Of a stretch of 64,000 bases of DNA, positions 62,556 to 64,000 are shown piece after piece; position 1 is the first letter of the stretch; every line of letters begins with the position of its first letter. The DNA comes from Methanobacteriota archaeon (GTDB taxonomy: Archaea; Halobacteriota; Bog-38; Methanoflorentales; Methanoflorentaceae). The position numbers and the translations under genes are program-made. The notes beneath the pieces are model-generated. The model was given only the letters and a program-made list of their open reading frames with translations. It did no database searches and was not told the origin of the DNA. The DNA is taken from assembly GCA_963720465.1 (NCBI GenBank), contig OY970393.1, positions 1,088,001 to 1,152,000 of the forward strand, read 5' to 3'.

Positions 62556-63209
62556 ATGCGGAGTTTTTTCACTAAGAATTACATTTCGAGTTTCGAAGCG
62601 CGACGCCAATGGTCCGCATTCCTCAAAAAATACCGACTGCCACTCTCTTTAAGGCGGGACTCAGCCTGGTCAATGGATGAAAAAGACTTCGAAGGAATTA
62701 TTGAGGTCTTGCACGGCCATAAAAGCAGCGAAAGCACGTTTCTTATTGAGCTCGGTGCAGGCGTTTCGACGCTCGTGCTCGCAAACCTTCTGCCGCGACT
62801 TTGTCACGATGTGCACATCATTTCCATCGAAGGTGATGAAAGCTACGCGCGTCAACTTCGAGACCGGATAAAGACCTATGAACTCGATCGCATCGTCAGC
62901 TTGCACCACGTCCCGTATGCGAACAGTGATGATGGCTGTTGGTTCAACAAGGACTCGCTCAGACGCGTTCTAGATGACAAGAAAGTCGATATCCTGCTCG
63001 TTGATGCCCCTCCTGGTGGGCTATGCCGCAATGCGCGACAGCCTGCGATTCCTTTTTTCCTGTCGTACCTAACACAAAACGGCGTTGTGCTTTTGCACGA
63101 CACGCACAGAGAAGACGAGTCCGCAATCGCTGACGGGTGGAGTCACTACTTCAATGTCCAGTATCGGATCGAAACGCCTCGCGGATTCGATGTTTTCGAA
63201 AGGCGCTGA
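62556..63209 (+). CDS. Class I SAM-dependent methyltransferase (Methyltransf_24-like)
   Basis: WSM, IELGAGVST, ILLVDAPPG, R.PA, LHDTHREDE. Confidence 0.88.
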   Translation: MRSFFTKNYISSFEARRQWSAFLKKYRLPLSLRRDSAWSMDEKDFEGIIEVLHGHKSSESTFLIELGAGVSTLVLANLLPRLCHDVHIISIEGDESYARQLRDRIKTYELDRIVSLHHVPYANSDDGCWFNKDSLRRVLDDKKVDILLVDAPPGGLCRNARQPAIPFFLSYLTQNGVVLLHDTHREDESAIADGWSHYFNVQYRIETPRGFDVFERR

Positions 63210-63459
63210 TGAGGTTGGCCAAGCTTCTTCATTAGCGGTTGCGAAGTAATGCGCTACGGTGATCTCACTGTTAGAAACCCGAAGAAGTGGCTCTTCGATC
63301 AGCTGCCTTCTAGAGACAGGTGTGTAGCGGCAAACAGCGCCCTGCCGGCTCATCTATTTTCCCCGACGAGGTTCTGGATTATCCACTCTCGAGCACGGGT
63401 CCTTCGGCTGCTCATCTTATCTTCTGATTTCAGCTCGCACCGACAACAGACGCCTGAAC

Positions 63460-63645
63460 ATCCGGAGTACATCTCTCTCATCGTGCCATTGCTGTCAGCC
63501 TTGTTGCGCCACGTTATCGGTACTTCCACAATCGCCAAATCCTATTTTGTGGGCTGTATCAAATGCAAAACTATCACAGTTGATACTGAGGGCGTCCCAT
63601 AAACTGCGCCGAAACGCCTTGCATCCACACTGAAGGTCGCGCTTT
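63460..63645 (-). pseudogene. Dolichol-phosphate glycosyltransferase (GT2) C-terminal fragment
   Basis: DLQCGCKAFRR..FAFDT..IVEVPITW. Confidence 0.7.
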
Positions 63646-63723
63646 GGCAGCCTGAACAACTAAATCGCAGGTTGAAAAAGCCATGACAGTGATGTCAGCG
63701 CGCGTTAAACTGCAGATAATCTT

Positions 63724-63759
63724 GCTTTTTGTTTGCATTAGCTTTTTGTTTGCATTAGC
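63724..63759. repeat. 17-bp tandem duplication
   Basis: GCTTTTTGTTTGCATTA twice. Confidence 0.9.
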
Positions 63760-64000
63760 ACCGACCTAAGCACAGATGAAACGCTCCATGACGGAATACT
63801 AGGATACGCGTTATCGTAGCTAGCAACACGATGACGGAACATTTGCATTGATGGCCGTGTTCTGTTCGAGCAATGCGAGCACGTTCACGCGGCTATCTCT
63901 TTGCAATCAGTCGCGGTGGCCGCCACGTGCAGTAGCACACAGAGCCTAGTCAAAAACGACGCTAATAAGCGGAAAGTATGAGCAAGTCGGATTGAACGTC

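Overview
Archaeal chromosomal DNA, probably Halobacteriota/Methanomicrobia-like. Evidence for this: archaeal AspRS and HisRS, smc-scpA-scpB, a TIGR00300 protein, DUF2206/DUF1616 proteins, TATA-box promoters and a tRNA-Glu without encoded CCA. About 1.2-21.2 kb is mostly housekeeping: hisI, hisS, larB, scpBA-smc (one frameshift), aspS, hisD, two radical SAM enzymes, Hsp20, TatD, ferredoxin, tRNA-Glu, nitrilase, argB and TIGR00300. About 21.4-64 kb is a large surface-glycan island with patchy base composition. It holds a DUF2206/DUF1616 module, gmd, two secreted DUF2334 deacetylases, a complete legionaminic-acid-type nonulosonate pathway, many GT2/GT4/GT-C transferases and SAM methyltransferases. 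Many spacers in the island are decayed gene fragments. One decayed copy of the GT2 at 51.7 kb is split by a ~5.4-kb insert. The insert carries a dead mini tyrosine recombinase preceded by a dif-like 11-6-11 site, and a 273-bp element with 48-bp inverted repeats. No CRISPR array or rRNA was seen. All family calls come from motif recognition by eye; no database was searched.
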